From the NCBI RefSeq assembly GCF_001194135.2, contig NC_069003.1, positions 11,421,694 through 11,485,266 of the forward strand: a stretch of 63,573 bases of DNA, in the 5' to 3' direction. The position numbers and the translations under genes were made by a program. Shown in pieces: positions 25,041 to 37,821 of this stretch. Within the stretch, counting starts at the first letter, position 1; every line of letters begins with the position of its first letter. The stretch is from Octopus bimaculoides (taxonomy: Eukaryota). Below the pieces are notes generated by a model. The model was not told the DNA's origin and did not search any database. It was given only the letters and a program-made list of their open reading frames with translations.

Positions 25041-26420
25041 TATGTATATAAGATATGGCATAAACAATGCCGTTAAATATTTTTCTTTGTTGTAGTAAAT
25101 TTTACTTACAGCTGTATCAGTCATTATAGATTCATTTTGATAAATTTATTCAACTGGGTCATTGTTAAGTTGAGAAAAATGGAACTACCTAGAAAATTGA
25201 TGCCACTTTTGTCAGACTTATATACGTATCTTTGTTGTTATATATGTATATGATTATATATATAATAAGCCTATTTCAGTTTCTGTCTACCAAATCCACT
25301 CACAAGGCTTTGGTTGGCCTGAGGCTACAGTAGAAAGCACCTACCCAAGGTACCATGCTGTGGTATTGAATCCCAAACCATTTCGTCAGGAAGCAAACTT
25401 CTTAACAACACAACTACACCTGCACCTCTTTATTTAATTTTATTGTTGCAAAGATGGTCTGACCCAAAGTGGATATTAAAAGATTATGAGGGTGCTTGCA
25501 GATGTGGTTTTTTACAATTAAGATTTGTTGTGGTAATTTTTTCTAAAACTCAAGGATCATGGGACTTTTTAGGTCTTGTGATGTATATGGTGTCCTCACT
25601 CGTGTTGGTACCAGGAAGAAGCACCCACTACATTCTGTAAAGTAGTTGGCATTAATACTCCAGAGTAATTAACTAGAAGTATTGAACTTCATCTTTCTAC
25701 ATTCTGGTTTCAAATCCTTTTGCCTTTCAGTTCTCTGGGACCCAGGACTGACATAGGAACCAAGCAAGAACTGTATGCTCCCTGTACAATCTTGTAGTCT
25801 GAACTAATGTAAAAAAAAGAAAAACATTTTTTGCATTAAATACCTCAATTCCTGTTTCTCCTTCAACCTAAAGTAGAAAACTTTCCTGTTTGAAGAAAAA
25901 AGAACCAATATTTAAATTAATCAAATTGGTCTACGGAAGTCAACTATGCCTTTCATACTATTAACTTCCTAAAAAAATACATTAATACTCTAATGCTTTA
26001 AGAATGTGTTTCTTTTTGGGATATATGAACTACTGTCAGTATATTTCTCTATATTTCTAATTGCCAAAACGTAAAATTCTCATGTTATTTTTTATTCTTT
26101 TGTTATCCACTGACATCACCAATAGTTGAATACAAAAATTTCTTAGATTATATTTCTTCTTAGTGTTCTTTTTGTAGGTGTTCATGTACTGGAAATATTT
26201 CCTCAGTTTTGGGTTTTGTTGTTTTCTGTTTTAATTCTAGTCACATCTCCAATGCATTATAGAATACTGTACTGACTGGTTTGAAAAAGCAAGGATCCAA
26301 AACATAAAGAACCATAACTAAATACTGTTATGCACTAGGTATTTTGCCTGAAACTCTAACAATTCTGTTAATCCACTACCATTACAAGTGACAAAACAAA
26401 AGTAGGTGTACTTGATTAAG

Positions 26421-26806
26421 TGGAATTCTGTTTTTAAGTACCCCATATAACACCTCATAACTTATTTATTTTTTGGAATTTGCAGGAAATTTTTGCAAAT
26501 TCGTGTTCTACACAGTGGAATTTATACAACTATGAAAAAACAAAAAAATTATTTTTCGTGATTTAAAGGCTATTTAGCTGCTATTTTTAGCACATCTCAC
26601 GACAACCTGATACCTTCCTCGTTTCTTTGTCCCTCTGACGTATTGTTGTGCTAAAAATATCAGCCTTTAAGTCACGCACCAACATTTTTTGTGTGCTTGG
26701 GTTTTGCATAATAGTATGAATTCCTGTGTGTAGAACAAATTCGCAAACATTTTCTGAAAGTTCCCTAAAATAATAAAGCTATGGCGTGCTTAAAGCAGAA
26801 TTCTGC
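26421..26806. mobile_element. Degenerate MITE with long TIRs
   Basis: GTGGAATTCTGTTTTTAAGTACCCC vs GGCGTGCTTAAAGCAGAATTCTGC, with further inward arm similarity. Confidence 0.5.
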
Positions 26807-27039
26807 ATTCATTTATACCCTAATCCCACAATATTTCTGAATCTTGTGCCGGTGCCTCTTTGGCGTACAGCCTGTGCAGTCTAACCCAAATCTTAAACCC
26901 TAAACCTAATCCTAACACAGGTCTGATTATTTCAAAGGGTAGACTACAAATAGGGAGGTGGAACGCACGTTGAAGTCAGTCTATATTAAAAGTGCTCTCC
27001 CTTAGAACAGCAACATCGATCGCTCACCAGATGGTAGCA

Positions 27040-27063
27040 GCAGTTCCGTAGTCCGCCATATTG
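27040..27063 (+). promoter_or_regulatory. Candidate RTRAF core promoter / TSS region
   Basis: CCGCCATATTG (YY1-like) at 27053-27063 and TTCCG at 27044; CpG-rich; about 50 bp upstream of ATG. Confidence 0.5.
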
Positions 27064-27110
27064 TCATTTATTTGTCGTCGGCGAATTATCTGTTTGTTTA
27101 TCCATCGACA

Positions 27111-27860
27111 ATGTCTTTCAGGCGGAAACTATTGGCTTTGGAATATCATAATCCAGAGGCATTTAACATCAAGGACGAGAAGTGCATTCGAGCAATTGTC
27201 CATTGGCTAGAAGACCAAAAGATTCGCCATTACAAGATCTCCGATCGCGACGCAATCCGTGACACAGCGAGCGACACATGGCCAGAAGCCTTCAAGAATT
27301 ATATCTCCGAGCTGGGTTGCCCTTACAACTGTGAGGATACCTCTGCAGTAATGGACTGGTTGCTGGGATATGCCGTTCGTCTAGAATACGGCGACAACCT
27401 AGAAAAGTACAAAGTCGCCACTGCTGATTCGGTGAAACGACTGAAGGCTGACGGAAAGACCCAGTCTTCGAACCCTCTCGATAATTTGGACTTTAACGAC
27501 CCCCATTTTAAAGCCGGCATCGCATCTCTATCCATGTTACTGCAGATTCCACCCCATCCCGATCACCTGGAACAGCTAAAAGCCATCTGTATTCTGGTAC
27601 AGGAAAAATTCTCCAAGGAAGCCCTTGCCAAAAGCAACTTTTCAGGCAACCCTAAGGACCATATCCCAATTGACAAGACAGTTCTAGGTTTCGATGCTGG
27701 CGATTACATATTGAACGATGCTGCTAAAGTATTACGTCTGCTGCACATCAAGGAACTCCGTGAGTTGCAAACTAACATTAATAGCATTATTGTAGGGGCA
27801 CAAGCTTTGACGGCGAACCCCAAAACTGACACTAGGCTTGGTAAAGTAGGTAGGGCTTGA
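27111..27860 (+). CDS. RTRAF: RNA transcription, translation and transport factor (C14orf166/CGI-99/hCLE; tRNA ligase complex subunit); single ORF, 249 aa
   Basis: MSFRRKLLALEYHNP, WLEDQKIRHYKI, DWLLGYAVRLEYGDN, LRLLHIKELRELQT, DPKT-like NPKTDTRLGKVGR match the family; first ATG at 27111 (track start 27072 is TTG). Confidence 0.97.
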   Translation: MSFRRKLLALEYHNPEAFNIKDEKCIRAIVHWLEDQKIRHYKISDRDAIRDTASDTWPEAFKNYISELGCPYNCEDTSAVMDWLLGYAVRLEYGDNLEKYKVATADSVKRLKADGKTQSSNPLDNLDFNDPHFKAGIASLSMLLQIPPHPDHLEQLKAICILVQEKFSKEALAKSNFSGNPKDHIPIDKTVLGFDAGDYILNDAAKVLRLLHIKELRELQTNINSIIVGAQALTANPKTDTRLGKVGRA

Positions 27861-28989
27861 AATGGCCCTTTCAAAGGAACACATTTTCTTTGTTTTACTT
27901 TTTCTTGTGCCTGTCATTACTTTACTTTGTGACACTTGTTCCTTGAATACCTTTGTTTTTTTACCCCCCCCCCCCTAAACATATACAATACAAGGAAAGA
28001 TGACCGAAATATTGTTGGTTTTTTTTCTTTTATCTTTTATCTATCAAAGGTATCTATTGAACTCCAGCCCAACAAACACTCAATTTCAAGTTATCATTAT
28101 TACATACATACACGTCGCACATTTCTGTGTGTTTGAAGTTTTTGTTAATTAATATCTTCTTTTATGTGTGTGATTTTCTTTAGATAAATCCTGCTATGTA
28201 AGAAAATTTCCATTAAAGACAGCACAAAGTATTTTCCAGCAAAACAACTTCGCCTTTTCTTTTTTTTCCTCGTTTTGTTCATTAGAACCTTATTTGGGCG
28301 CCGTGGAATCAGATACCATGTTTCCTTTTGTTGCTAATTTTTTTCTTTTGTGTGTGTGTTTTCATTTAAGGTATGAACAATGCAGCTTATTTTTATTTAA
28401 TCTCCTAAAAATTCGAATCCTTCTTTTAAAAGAGTTTATATATATATATATATATAAACTCCCTAACTCTTCGAAACGTCAGTGTTATAATGGTGGCAGC
28501 TGATGAAGGAAATGTTCTCTATGTGGCCTGTGTGTTTTCTGTACCCTGTTTATCATTTTGACCATGTTTTTTTTTTTGCAACGTCATGTACCCAGATATG
28601 CATCTATATATACATGTAGATGAAGGTATGTACATATATATGCATATACTCATATATTATATATATGTATATATATGTTAATTTAATTTGGCCGCTATCA
28701 CTTGATAAAAGTCTATCAATTTTCTAAAACTAAACAGTTGTAATAGTAGCAATAAGATTTTGCATTCTTAATGTTTTGTTTTATTCACTTTCTAAACAGT
28801 TCGTCACACCATTGATTATGAAATCAAATGGAAAAGGACTCCCACATACCTCCAAAGATGCAAAAAAAAAATCTATGTACCACAATGACGTGCAGACCTG
28901 TCTCGGGTTTGTGGCATTGGTATTTTGTCATCATTGATCATATTTATCAGGGATCATGACAGTTATGTATTATTATTATTATTATGGCC

Positions 28990-29225
28990 GAGTTCCAACA
29001 GGGGCCACAGCAATAGAGTCCACCTATAACACTTCTCGGTCCATCATCACTGCCTCGAAGTCCTGGATACATTCCAGGCCAGGGTATGCAATCAAGTTGT
29101 CCATGTAAGTGTGATGACTTTTGCCTCTTCTTACATTACCATGAAATGGGTTCCACAAGACTAATTTGGATGCTTCCAGTTCAGGGTGGCACATGCAGTA
29201 ACGAGATAATCACAGCTGTTTTTGC
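28990..29225 (-). mobile_element. LINE ORF2 3' fragment related to 2345-2800
   Basis: Minus strand encodes CHPELEASKLVLWNPFHGNVRRGKSHHTYMDNL; (ATA)n tail near 28970. Confidence 0.7.
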
Positions 29226-29514
29226 CTAATCTTAGTTATGTATTTTGTGGTTGAATCATTGCTTTTTGTTCTTTCAGAGGTGGTTCAGTCTGAAAAATAA
29301 GGCAAAAAAGCCAGCACATTGTACCACAACACTGTTTATTTCCTTGCTTGAGACAGACCCAAGTGCTTTCTCCCTGTTGAATGTTGTTAAATACATCTAA
29401 ACTAAAATCATTTCTCCATGGATGTAATCTTTTATTGAACTCACGACCCTTAAAACACTTACTGGTCACCATAGATCGATGCTTAATGTACTTTGTCTTG
29501 TGATAAAATTGTAA

Positions 29515-29850
29515 ACTGTGGCAGTGTGGGTTAGAAGCTTGCTTCCCAAACATGTGACCTTGGGTTCAGTCCCACTGTGTTGTGCCTTGGGCAAGTGACT
29601 TTTACTATAACCTCAAGCTAACCAAAGTCTTGTGAGTGGATTTGGTTGATGGAAACTGAAAGAAGCCCGTCATATATACATGTGTGTGTGTGGGTTTGTC
29701 TCTCACTACTGTTCTTTTATGTTGCCATAAAGGAGCTTTTCAGCATAAAATAATTAATCCACTTTAAAAATACTGGGTTTGATATATTCAACTTTAAACC
29801 TTTCAAGGTGGTCCACTGCATGGCCACAATTCAGTGACTGAAACAAGTAA
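29515..29850 (+). mobile_element. SINE family A, diverged
   Basis: Match to family A head and tail. Confidence 0.75.
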
Positions 29851-30770
29851 AAGATAAAAAAAAGTTTAAAGAAAAAGATGGTGATGGCAAAAGAATTGGA
29901 TACCAATGTTGTTATTGAATGAAGTGCTCTTTATTTTTCAAGAGGTGGTTCAGTCTTCTCTGAAACTCTGCCAAAGGTTCTTACGGAATTACTCTTCTGA
30001 TTAATTCATAAAAAAAAAATTAAAAAATAGAAGCAGGAGGGATCTCTCTGCTGTTAGAGAAAATATTCTTAACAGCTGAATGCCCTTATTTGCTTCTCCA
30101 ACATGAAACGGGAGTGGAACTGGTCAGTCAAGTAGAGTTGTGTTTTGCTTTGAAGGAACTTGACAATGGTCACCAGTTCAATCCTTGTTTGCAATATTTT
30201 TTTTTAATGTTTGAGTCTCTAGGCTGAGTACATTACTCAGTTATTGTCTGCCTCAATGGCTAGTCCACATTACTCCATAAGGAGCATAGGGCTGGTTTCT
30301 CTGGTGTATATATTCCTTCCTAGACAGGATGTCAGGTCCATCACAGGATTACTCATTTTTACCAGCAGAATGGACTGGAGCAATATGAAATGAAGTGTTT
30401 TGCTCAAGAACACAGCGCAGCATCCAGTCTAGGAATCAGAACCACAGTCTTACGATCATGGGGGTGATTGCCTGGGCCAGCTAAAGGATTAATGAATTCC
30501 AAATATTAGATTAATGAGGACAAAATTATTTTACTAGGTTATTTTCAAAGTTAGTAACAAAAAGGTTAAACTAGAGAAGGTTCCCCAAGTGGTTATTCAG
30601 TATGCTGAAAATAACAACTGAATGTACCCAGATCACACCCAACCTTTGAAAAAGAATTAGGAAATTAGGAAGGGAAATGGGACAGTGAAGTCCTAGATGC
30701 ACTGTCTGCAAAAAAATTATATCCATGGCTGGAAGTCCTCTGATCACTGGTTTGCTGGATCAGGATATAT

Positions 30771-31059
30771 TTAACCCATTACCTACCAGTGATCTCATAT
30801 GAGATCACTTAAAAATTACAAATTTCTTAATTATCTGTCAATATTTACACATATCTAACCTTCTTGCTATATCTACTAGGTATATTTCTCTGATATTCAA
30901 ATGAGGTTTGCTAATTTTTCACCCAATATTCTCGCTTATTTCTATTTAAAATGTTATTTTGGTCATTCCAGCGTGTTTCTAAGGCTGTTTTATGCTGGAA
31001 ATCAAAGTTTCATAAAAAAAAAATTCCAGTTAATAGAATTATGGAAGGTAATGGGTGAA
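30771..31059. mobile_element. piggyBac-type MITE with subterminal 20-bp palindrome
   Basis: TTAACCCATTACC...GGTAATGGGTGAA; GTGATCTCATATGAGATCAC at 30789-30808. Confidence 0.6.
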
Positions 31060-31489
31060 AAGTAGCAAAATCTCTCTCAACCTGGACTCTGTCATCTGAA
31101 AACTCTTAACATCAGCTACTGTTGCCTCTTCATCAAATTTCTTGAAGACATCACCTGAATTGTATATCAGTTCTCCTGGATGGATGTTACTTATCTCAAC
31201 TTTATGACAGCCTTTGGGCCATCCATGAAATTATGAAATACCTAAGCTGCAAATTTTGAACATTTACAAGAACAATCCATTTTTTTCACAGGAAAGTTTG
31301 ACTATTCAGACAAGTATTAAGCAAAAAAAATTTTGTACCTATAATGTATGTTGAATTTTTTGAAGACTATCCAAAAAAGCCTAGTGTATGTGACATTGCA
31401 CAGAATAACTTTTTTCACCTAAAAATATTGACTGCTCTGAATTTCTCCGGAAGAGCAGCATTAGAAGTCTTGTGGTGTTTGTTTATATT

Positions 31490-31708
31490 CATCATCATCA
31501 TCATCATCGTTTAACGTCCGCTTTCCATGCTAGCATGGGTTGGACGATTCGACTGAGGACTGGTGAAACCGGATGGCAACACCAGGCTCCAGTCCGATTT
31601 GGCAGAGTTTCTACAGCTGGATGCCCTTCCTAACGCCAACCACTCAGAGAGTGTAGTGGGTGCTTTTACGTGTCACCCGCACGAAAACGGCCACGCTCGA
31701 AATGGTGT
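31490..31708 (-). mobile_element. Family D copy running into an assembly gap
   Basis: Near-identical to 1823-2030. Confidence 0.85.
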
Positions 31709-32416
31709 NNNNNNNNNNNNNNNNNNNNNNNNNNNNNNNNNNNNNNNNNNNNNNNNNNNNNNNNNNNNNNNNNNNNNNNNNNNNNNNNNNNNNNNNNNNN
31801 NNNNNNNNNNNNNNNNNNNNNNNNNNNNNNNNNNNNNNNNNNNNNNNNNNNNNNNNNNNNNNNNNNNNNNNNNNNNNNNNNNNNNNNNNNNNNNNNNNNN
31901 NNNNNNNNNNNNNNNNNNNNNNNNNNNNNNNNNNNNNNNNNNNNNNNNNNNNNNNNNNNNNNNNNNNNNNNNNNNNNNNNNNNNNNNNNNNNNNNNNNNN
32001 NNNNNNNNNNNNNNNNNNNNNNNNNNNNNNNNNNNNNNNNNNNNNNNNNNNNNNNNNNNNNNNNNNNNNNNNNNNNNNNNNNNNNNNNNNNNNNNNNNNN
32101 NNNNNNNNNNNNNNNNNNNNNNNNNNNNNNNNNNNNNNNNNNNNNNNNNNNNNNNNNNNNNNNNNNNNNNNNNNNNNNNNNNNNNNNNNNNNNNNNNNNN
32201 NNNNNNNNNNNNNNNNNNNNNNNNNNNNNNNNNNNNNNNNNNNAATTCTGTGCCACACAAATGACTTATGGTGAAGCTCTCTGCAATAAGAACGAGGGCT
32301 AGTATTTATAACTGGTAGAAGTCCTTCTTAGTCAAAAGTAGTAGTTATGGTGCACAACTAATCTTTAATGCAGCATTTTCATATCTTCTATATTCACTTC
32401 TGTCCACTGGAGTCTC

Positions 32417-33707
32417 CAGTGGTTCTCAACCAGAGTCCATATAAGATTGTTGGGGTACGTGCAACAAAATAGTAAATTTGGGATCCACAATAGTATTTTA
32501 AGGGCCCCTGAAAAAATTTTGCTTTAGATGTGTGGCATCTTGGTCAAGTGTCTTCTACTATAGCCTCAGGCCAACCAAAGCCTTGTGAGTGGATTTCTTA
32601 GACAGAAACTGAAAGAAGCCCGTCGTATATATATATATACATAGGGATCCGCAAATATTTGCTTCACCGCATACCGAAGTTCAGAAATAGCAGCTAAAAA
32701 AGCTGAGACTCCAACAGATAGCATTACTTGTAACTCACAAAGGCAAAAACAAGAAGAAAAAACAATGAAAACTAGCCATTCCGAAGATTAATCGTAGACG
32801 TGTTTCTGGATTATGAGTGATAAATACTCAATTTCCTTCATCAATATGATATTCCAGTAGTAAATTCGACTTTGCGGATCCCTAAATTATGTTTATAAAT
32901 ATATATGAACTTTTAAATAAGTTCTCCACCGATAATGGTGCTTACATACCGAAGGGCTTGGTAAAAATTATTAATTGTTGATTTATTAATAAATTAATAA
33001 ATTGATAATCCTTTACCCTTTTAATTTGTAATAATTATATATATATATATATATATATNNNNNNNNNNNNNNNNNNNNNNNNNNNNNNNNNNNNNNNNNN
33101 NNNNNNNNNNNNNNNNNNNNNNNNNNNNNNNNNNNNNNNNNNNNNNNNNNNNNNNNNNNNNNNNNNNNNNNNNNNNNNNNNNNNNNNNNNNNNNNNNNNN
33201 NNNNNNNNNNNNNNNNNNNNNNNNNNNNNNNNNNNNNNNNNNNNNNNNNNNNNNNNNNNNNNNNNNNNNNNNNNNNNNNNNNNNNNNNNNNNNNNNNNNN
33301 NNNNNNNNNCCCCCCCCAACATCTCTTGACAACTGATTTGTGGTGTTTACGTCCCCGTCACTTAGCGGTTCGGCTAGAGAGACCGATAGAATAAGTACTA
33401 TGCTTACAGGGAATAAGCCCTGGGGGTCAATTTGCTCGACTACAGGTGGTGCTCCAGCATGGCCGCAGTCAAATGACTAACAAATAAAAGATAAAAGAAA
33501 AAAAATGATGTATGTATTGCAAGAAACAACAAAGTTTCTTTAACATTTCACAGAATTCGAGCTACATGAGTTAATGTATGAAAAACAAAATAGGAATTTT
33601 GAAAGAAGTATCTATAAAACTAGTTTTTAAACATCGAATGGGTTTGAGGGGGTCCACCAGAAAATAGTAATCAAAGAGGTCCATAGATAAATGGTTAAGA
33701 ACCCCTG
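32417..33707. mobile_element. hAT-type MITE split by SINE A pieces, a Penelope-like remnant and a gap
   Basis: Left arm 32417-32520 and right arm about 33545-33707 match the 20980 copy. Confidence 0.65.
32642..33035. mobile_element. Penelope-like remnant with inverted partial terminal repeat
   Basis: Same family as 7290-7640 but first 215 bp inverted; 14-bp inverted repeat TAGGGATCCGCAAA (32642-32655) / TTTGCGGATCCCTA (32871-32884). Confidence 0.6.
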
Positions 33708-34097
33708 CTCTACATAATCTGTCAACCTGCTGGGAAGGTAACTCTTTGCTGTTACCGTCTCAAGTCCTAAAACTTGTATGACCATTTTTCTAGTTTCCGT
33801 GGTATATAAATTACTTAAGTCACATCTCCCCTGGATGGGATGCCAGTCTGTCCCAAGGTTACTCATTTCACAGCTGAGTGAATTGGAGCAACATCAAATG
33901 AAGTGGACAACTATCTTCTATTGCCCTACATGAAAATCAAAATTACAGTTTTGTGCAACACCACCTTGACCACTAGACCACATGCCTTCACTTGGCCTGC
34001 TAGAAACAGCAACTAAATCTCCCAAATCATACCCTACTGCCTCAGGAGAAAGAACACAATATATTAACCCTTTTGCTACCATATTTCTGTTGAAATA

Positions 34098-34305
34098 TGA
34101 GGGAGTGCTGAACAGTTCTTGGCTTTAAGGGTATTATGAAAGGCCTGGTTGAAGACCCAGTCTTCCTAGTTCTTTTACTGGTCTTAGAAAAAGTGAAGGA
34201 CCGCTGCAATAAGTGTGTGAATCTGAGGGGAATATGTTGAATAAAGTCAAAACTGATCCTCCTGTATTTTCTTTTACTCAAAGCCAGAAATTTTTCAGCA
34301 TCCCT
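34098..34305 (-). mobile_element. Mariner-derived MITE
   Basis: Same family as 22060. Confidence 0.75.
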
Positions 34306-34313
34306 TTTGTGTA

Positions 34314-34339
<26 letters not shown>

Positions 34340-34344
<5 letters not shown>

Positions 34345-34720
34345 GTAGTTGTGCGGGTGGCACATAAAATGCACCATTTTGAGCGTGACAGTTGCTAGTA
34401 CCACTTGACTGGCCTTCGTAGGATTTTCGAGTGAGATCGTTGCCAGTGCCCCTGGACTGGCTCTTGTGTGGGTGGCACATAAAATATACCATTTTGAGCG
34501 TGGCAGTTGCCAGTACCGCCTGACTGGCCTTCGTGCGGGTGACACGTAAAAGCACCCACTACACTCTCTGAGTGGTTGGCATTAGGAAGGGCATCCAGCT
34601 GTAGAAACTCTGCCAAATCAGATTGGAGGCTGGTGTTGCCATCCGGTTTCACCAGTCCTCAGTCAAATCGTCCAACCCATGCTAGCATGGAAAGTGGATG
34701 TTAAACGATGATGATGATGA
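34340..34720 (+). mobile_element. Family D copy with three internal subunits
   Basis: Reverse complement matches 1823-2182. Confidence 0.85.
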
Positions 34721-34804
34721 TATATATATATACATATATATATATATTATTGTGTCTGTGGAGTGTCATTCTCTTTTAGTACCTTACCTTGGTAGATAAA
34801 GCAA

Positions 34805-36150
34805 TTAAGGGTATGAAGACAAGGAAAGCCCGCAACCCATCAGGAATCACAACAGGGATGCTTAAAATATTTGGTAGTGTTGGCTACATTCTAGTCACCT
34901 GTATAGTCAACCAGGTGATACATGAAGGAGTCATACCCAAGTAGGAAGGCAGACAAATCAAAAGTCCCTTCAGGTAGATGGCCCTGCTTGATTTGTAGAA
35001 AAGGCATAGGTAGAAACTCCAAAAGATGTACCTGGTGTAAGCTATGGACACGTAAGAGGTGCAGCAGTATCAAAGGAAGGCTAACTGGGAAGATAGTTTT
35101 TGTGTGTGGCAAATGCACAGAGGCAATGAACACAGAAAATGTGCAGAAAACAGCTTCTGTCACAAGTCAGGAGGAAAAACTAGAAGTAGTTGATAGCTTC
35201 TGTTACCTAGGTGACTAAGTTAGTAGAAGGGGTGGATACTCTGAAAGTGTAGCTGCTAGAATAAGAAAAGCTTGGGCAAAGTTCAGAGAGCTCCTACCTC
35301 TGCTGGTAACAAAGGGCCTCTCGTTCAGAGTGAAACATGGGCTGTGACTGCTGAGGATAGCATGTAAGCACCCTGAGAGAAATGTTGGGTATAAGAAGCA
35401 TCAGATATGGTGTGCAAGGGAGACGACTGTGCTGGTATGGCCATGTGTTGCATATGGATGAGGACAGCTGTGTGAAAAAGTGTCACACCCTAACAGTGGA
35501 GGGAACATGTGGAAAAGGTAGACCCAGAAAGACCTAGGATGAGGTGGTGAAGCATGATCTTCAAACGTTAGGCTTCATGGAAGCAATGACAAGCAACTGA
35601 GACCTTTGGAGATATGCGGTGCTTGAGAAGACCCAGCAAGCCAAGTGAGACTGTAACTGTGGCCTATGCCAGTGTAGCATAACCAGCCCATTTAAGAGTA
35701 CCCTTCAATCATTGGGCAATAAAGTGCTTGAGAAAACCTATTGAGTTAGGTGAAATCATTGTTGTAGCCAATGCCAGTACTGCCTGACTGGAACCTGTGC
35801 CAGTGGCACGTAAAAAGCACCATTCGAGCGTGCTCGATGTCAGTCCCACCAGACTGGCTTCTATGCCAGTGACATGTAAAATGTATTATATGGACGTGGT
35901 CAATGCCAGTGCCGCCTGACTGGCACCCGTTCCAGTGACACATAAAAAGCACCGAATGTGGTCAATGCCAGTATCACCTGGCTGTCCCCTGTGCTCGTGG
36001 CACATAAAAAGCACCCACTAAACTCTCAGAGTGGTTGGCATTAGGAAGGGCATCCAGCTGGGGAAACTTTTCCAGATCAGATTGGAACTTAGTGCAGCCT
36101 TCTGGTTTGCCAGTCCTCAATCAAACCATCCAACTGATGATGATGATGAG
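34805..36150 (+). mobile_element. RTE LINE fragment with RT core deleted, Cys-rich insert and repeat-containing 3'UTR
   Basis: MKTRKARNPSG...EGVIP joined directly to GRWPCLICRKGIG...CGKC...VVDSFCYLGD; GRPRKT; (GAT)n tail. Confidence 0.85.
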
Positions 36151-36429
36151 TCACTCATTTACTTATTTATTTTTCTAAAATTTTCATTGCATCTTGCAAC
36201 CTTTTCAATAGCTGAGAACCATTGAAAAGGTTGCAAACAGTTTTAGAAAAAAAAATAAATAAGAAAATGAGTGGAAATCGAACCAGTGAGTGTGTTAAAT
36301 AATAAGGCACTGAAAGAGAATGACTCTGTCCAGACACAACAAAATATCCTTCAACACACGAATTCACATAAACACATAAAGAATCTTGCAAACCAAATAC
36401 AAAAACGATATATATGTATATACATACAC

Positions 36430-36645
36430 AAGGGGTGCTGATAAGTTCCTGGCGTTAAGGGTATTGTGAAAGGATTAGTTGGAGGCTCAACATTCCGAGT
36501 TCTTTTACAGGGCTTAGAAAAACAGAAGGACTGTTTCAATAAGTGTGTGAATCTGAGAGGGGGACATGTTGTATAAAATCATAATTAACTGATCCTCCTG
36601 TATTTTCTTTGACTGAAAACCAGGAACTTTTCAGTAGCCCCTCTT
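36430..36645 (-). mobile_element. Mariner-derived MITE
   Basis: Same family as 22060. Confidence 0.75.
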
Positions 36646-37297
36646 ATACTGACTTTGAATAAATTTTGAAAATGATGAAGAATTTAGTAAAATAATTCTA
36701 TTATAAGCTGGTGTTTGGAAAATAGGTTAACATCAAATTTTGATGGAATAAGATTTAAATTAGATCTCTTCAAATCAGGAAGTTTGTATTATAGAACCAA
36801 GAAAAGCAGTCTCGGACAGGTTGGTAATAAAAAGGGTTAATTAATGTCATTACTATGTACCCTTAATAAAAACATGGTGATCATGCCTTGAATAAAATGT
36901 CTGCTCGTTCAGTGTTAGTGTTGATCTGAGGCTACATAACAGCAACACATCCTTCCATATCCAGCACCAGTTATGTATTAGATAAACTCAACCGAATTGT
37001 CAGCCTGTCTTCCTTAGAGATTAATTCCTCGCTTCACCAAGTGTAGTTATCTCCCCGCTTCACCAAGTGTAGTTATCTCCCTTACACTGACTCTCTTTCA
37101 CCCATTGGCTCCTGAATAAGTTTCGACTACGGGACTCTTATTAACCACCCTGGGGCTTTATTTTTTTTATTTGTTTATTATTTTGTGTGTGTGTATCAAT
37201 TTCTTCCTCCACTCCATTGTTGATATCAATCATCTAGTAATTATTTTATCAGATGATTTCACAATGGCTATGTAAAGAGACTTGGCATACAAATTTA

Positions 37298-37631
37298 CTT
37301 GTTGGCACTCCGTCGCTTACGACGTCGAGGGTCCCAGTTGATCCGATCAACGGAACAGCTTGCTCGTGAAATTAACGTGCAAGTGGCTGAGCACTCCAAA
37401 GACACGTGTACCCTTAACGTAGTTCTCGGGGATATTCAGCGTGACACAGAGTTTGACAAGGCTGACCCTTTGAATTACAGGTACAACAGAAACAGGAAGT
37501 AAGAGTGAGAGAAAGTTGTGGTGGAAGAATACAGCAGGGTTCGCCACCATCCCCTGCCGGAGCCTCGTGGAGCTTTAGGTGTTTTCGCTCAATAAACACT
37601 CACAACGCCCGGTCTGGGAATCGAAACCGCG
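37298..37631 (-). mobile_element. SINE family C, 5'-truncated
   Basis: Match to 17595-17986. Confidence 0.9.
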
Positions 37632-37821
37632 TAAGTATAAACATGTAACTTGGTCATCGTCAACATCATCGTTTAACGTACACTTTTCCATGCTTGTATG
37701 GGTCAGACAGAACTTCTTGAAGTAGATTTTCAAACCCTCACCTGCTTCCACGGCCAGACATGTTTACGCAAAATATTGGAAATGAACGACATTGCTTATA
37801 TGACAGTGACAATCATTTACG

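Noticed and set aside
26880-26916. CTAACC/CCCTAA telomere-like run
   Set aside because: Short and degenerate; more likely a transposon end fragment than an interstitial telomere.
27072-27110. N-terminal extension of RTRAF in the ORF track
   Set aside because: Starts at TTG; ATG 27111 matches the family N-terminus.
28475-28600. CGAAACGTC followed by CTGATGAAGG as a hammerhead
   Set aside because: Core halves are in permuted order with no convincing stem I; at most a Penelope-like relic.
31563-32302. Long ORFs of 195-233 aa, and similar ones at 33021, 40915, 43983, 48399
   Set aside because: Mostly X residues; artefacts of N gaps.
37035-37082. About 25-bp direct tandem duplication
   Set aside because: Simple local slippage in a probable repeat remnant; no further structure.
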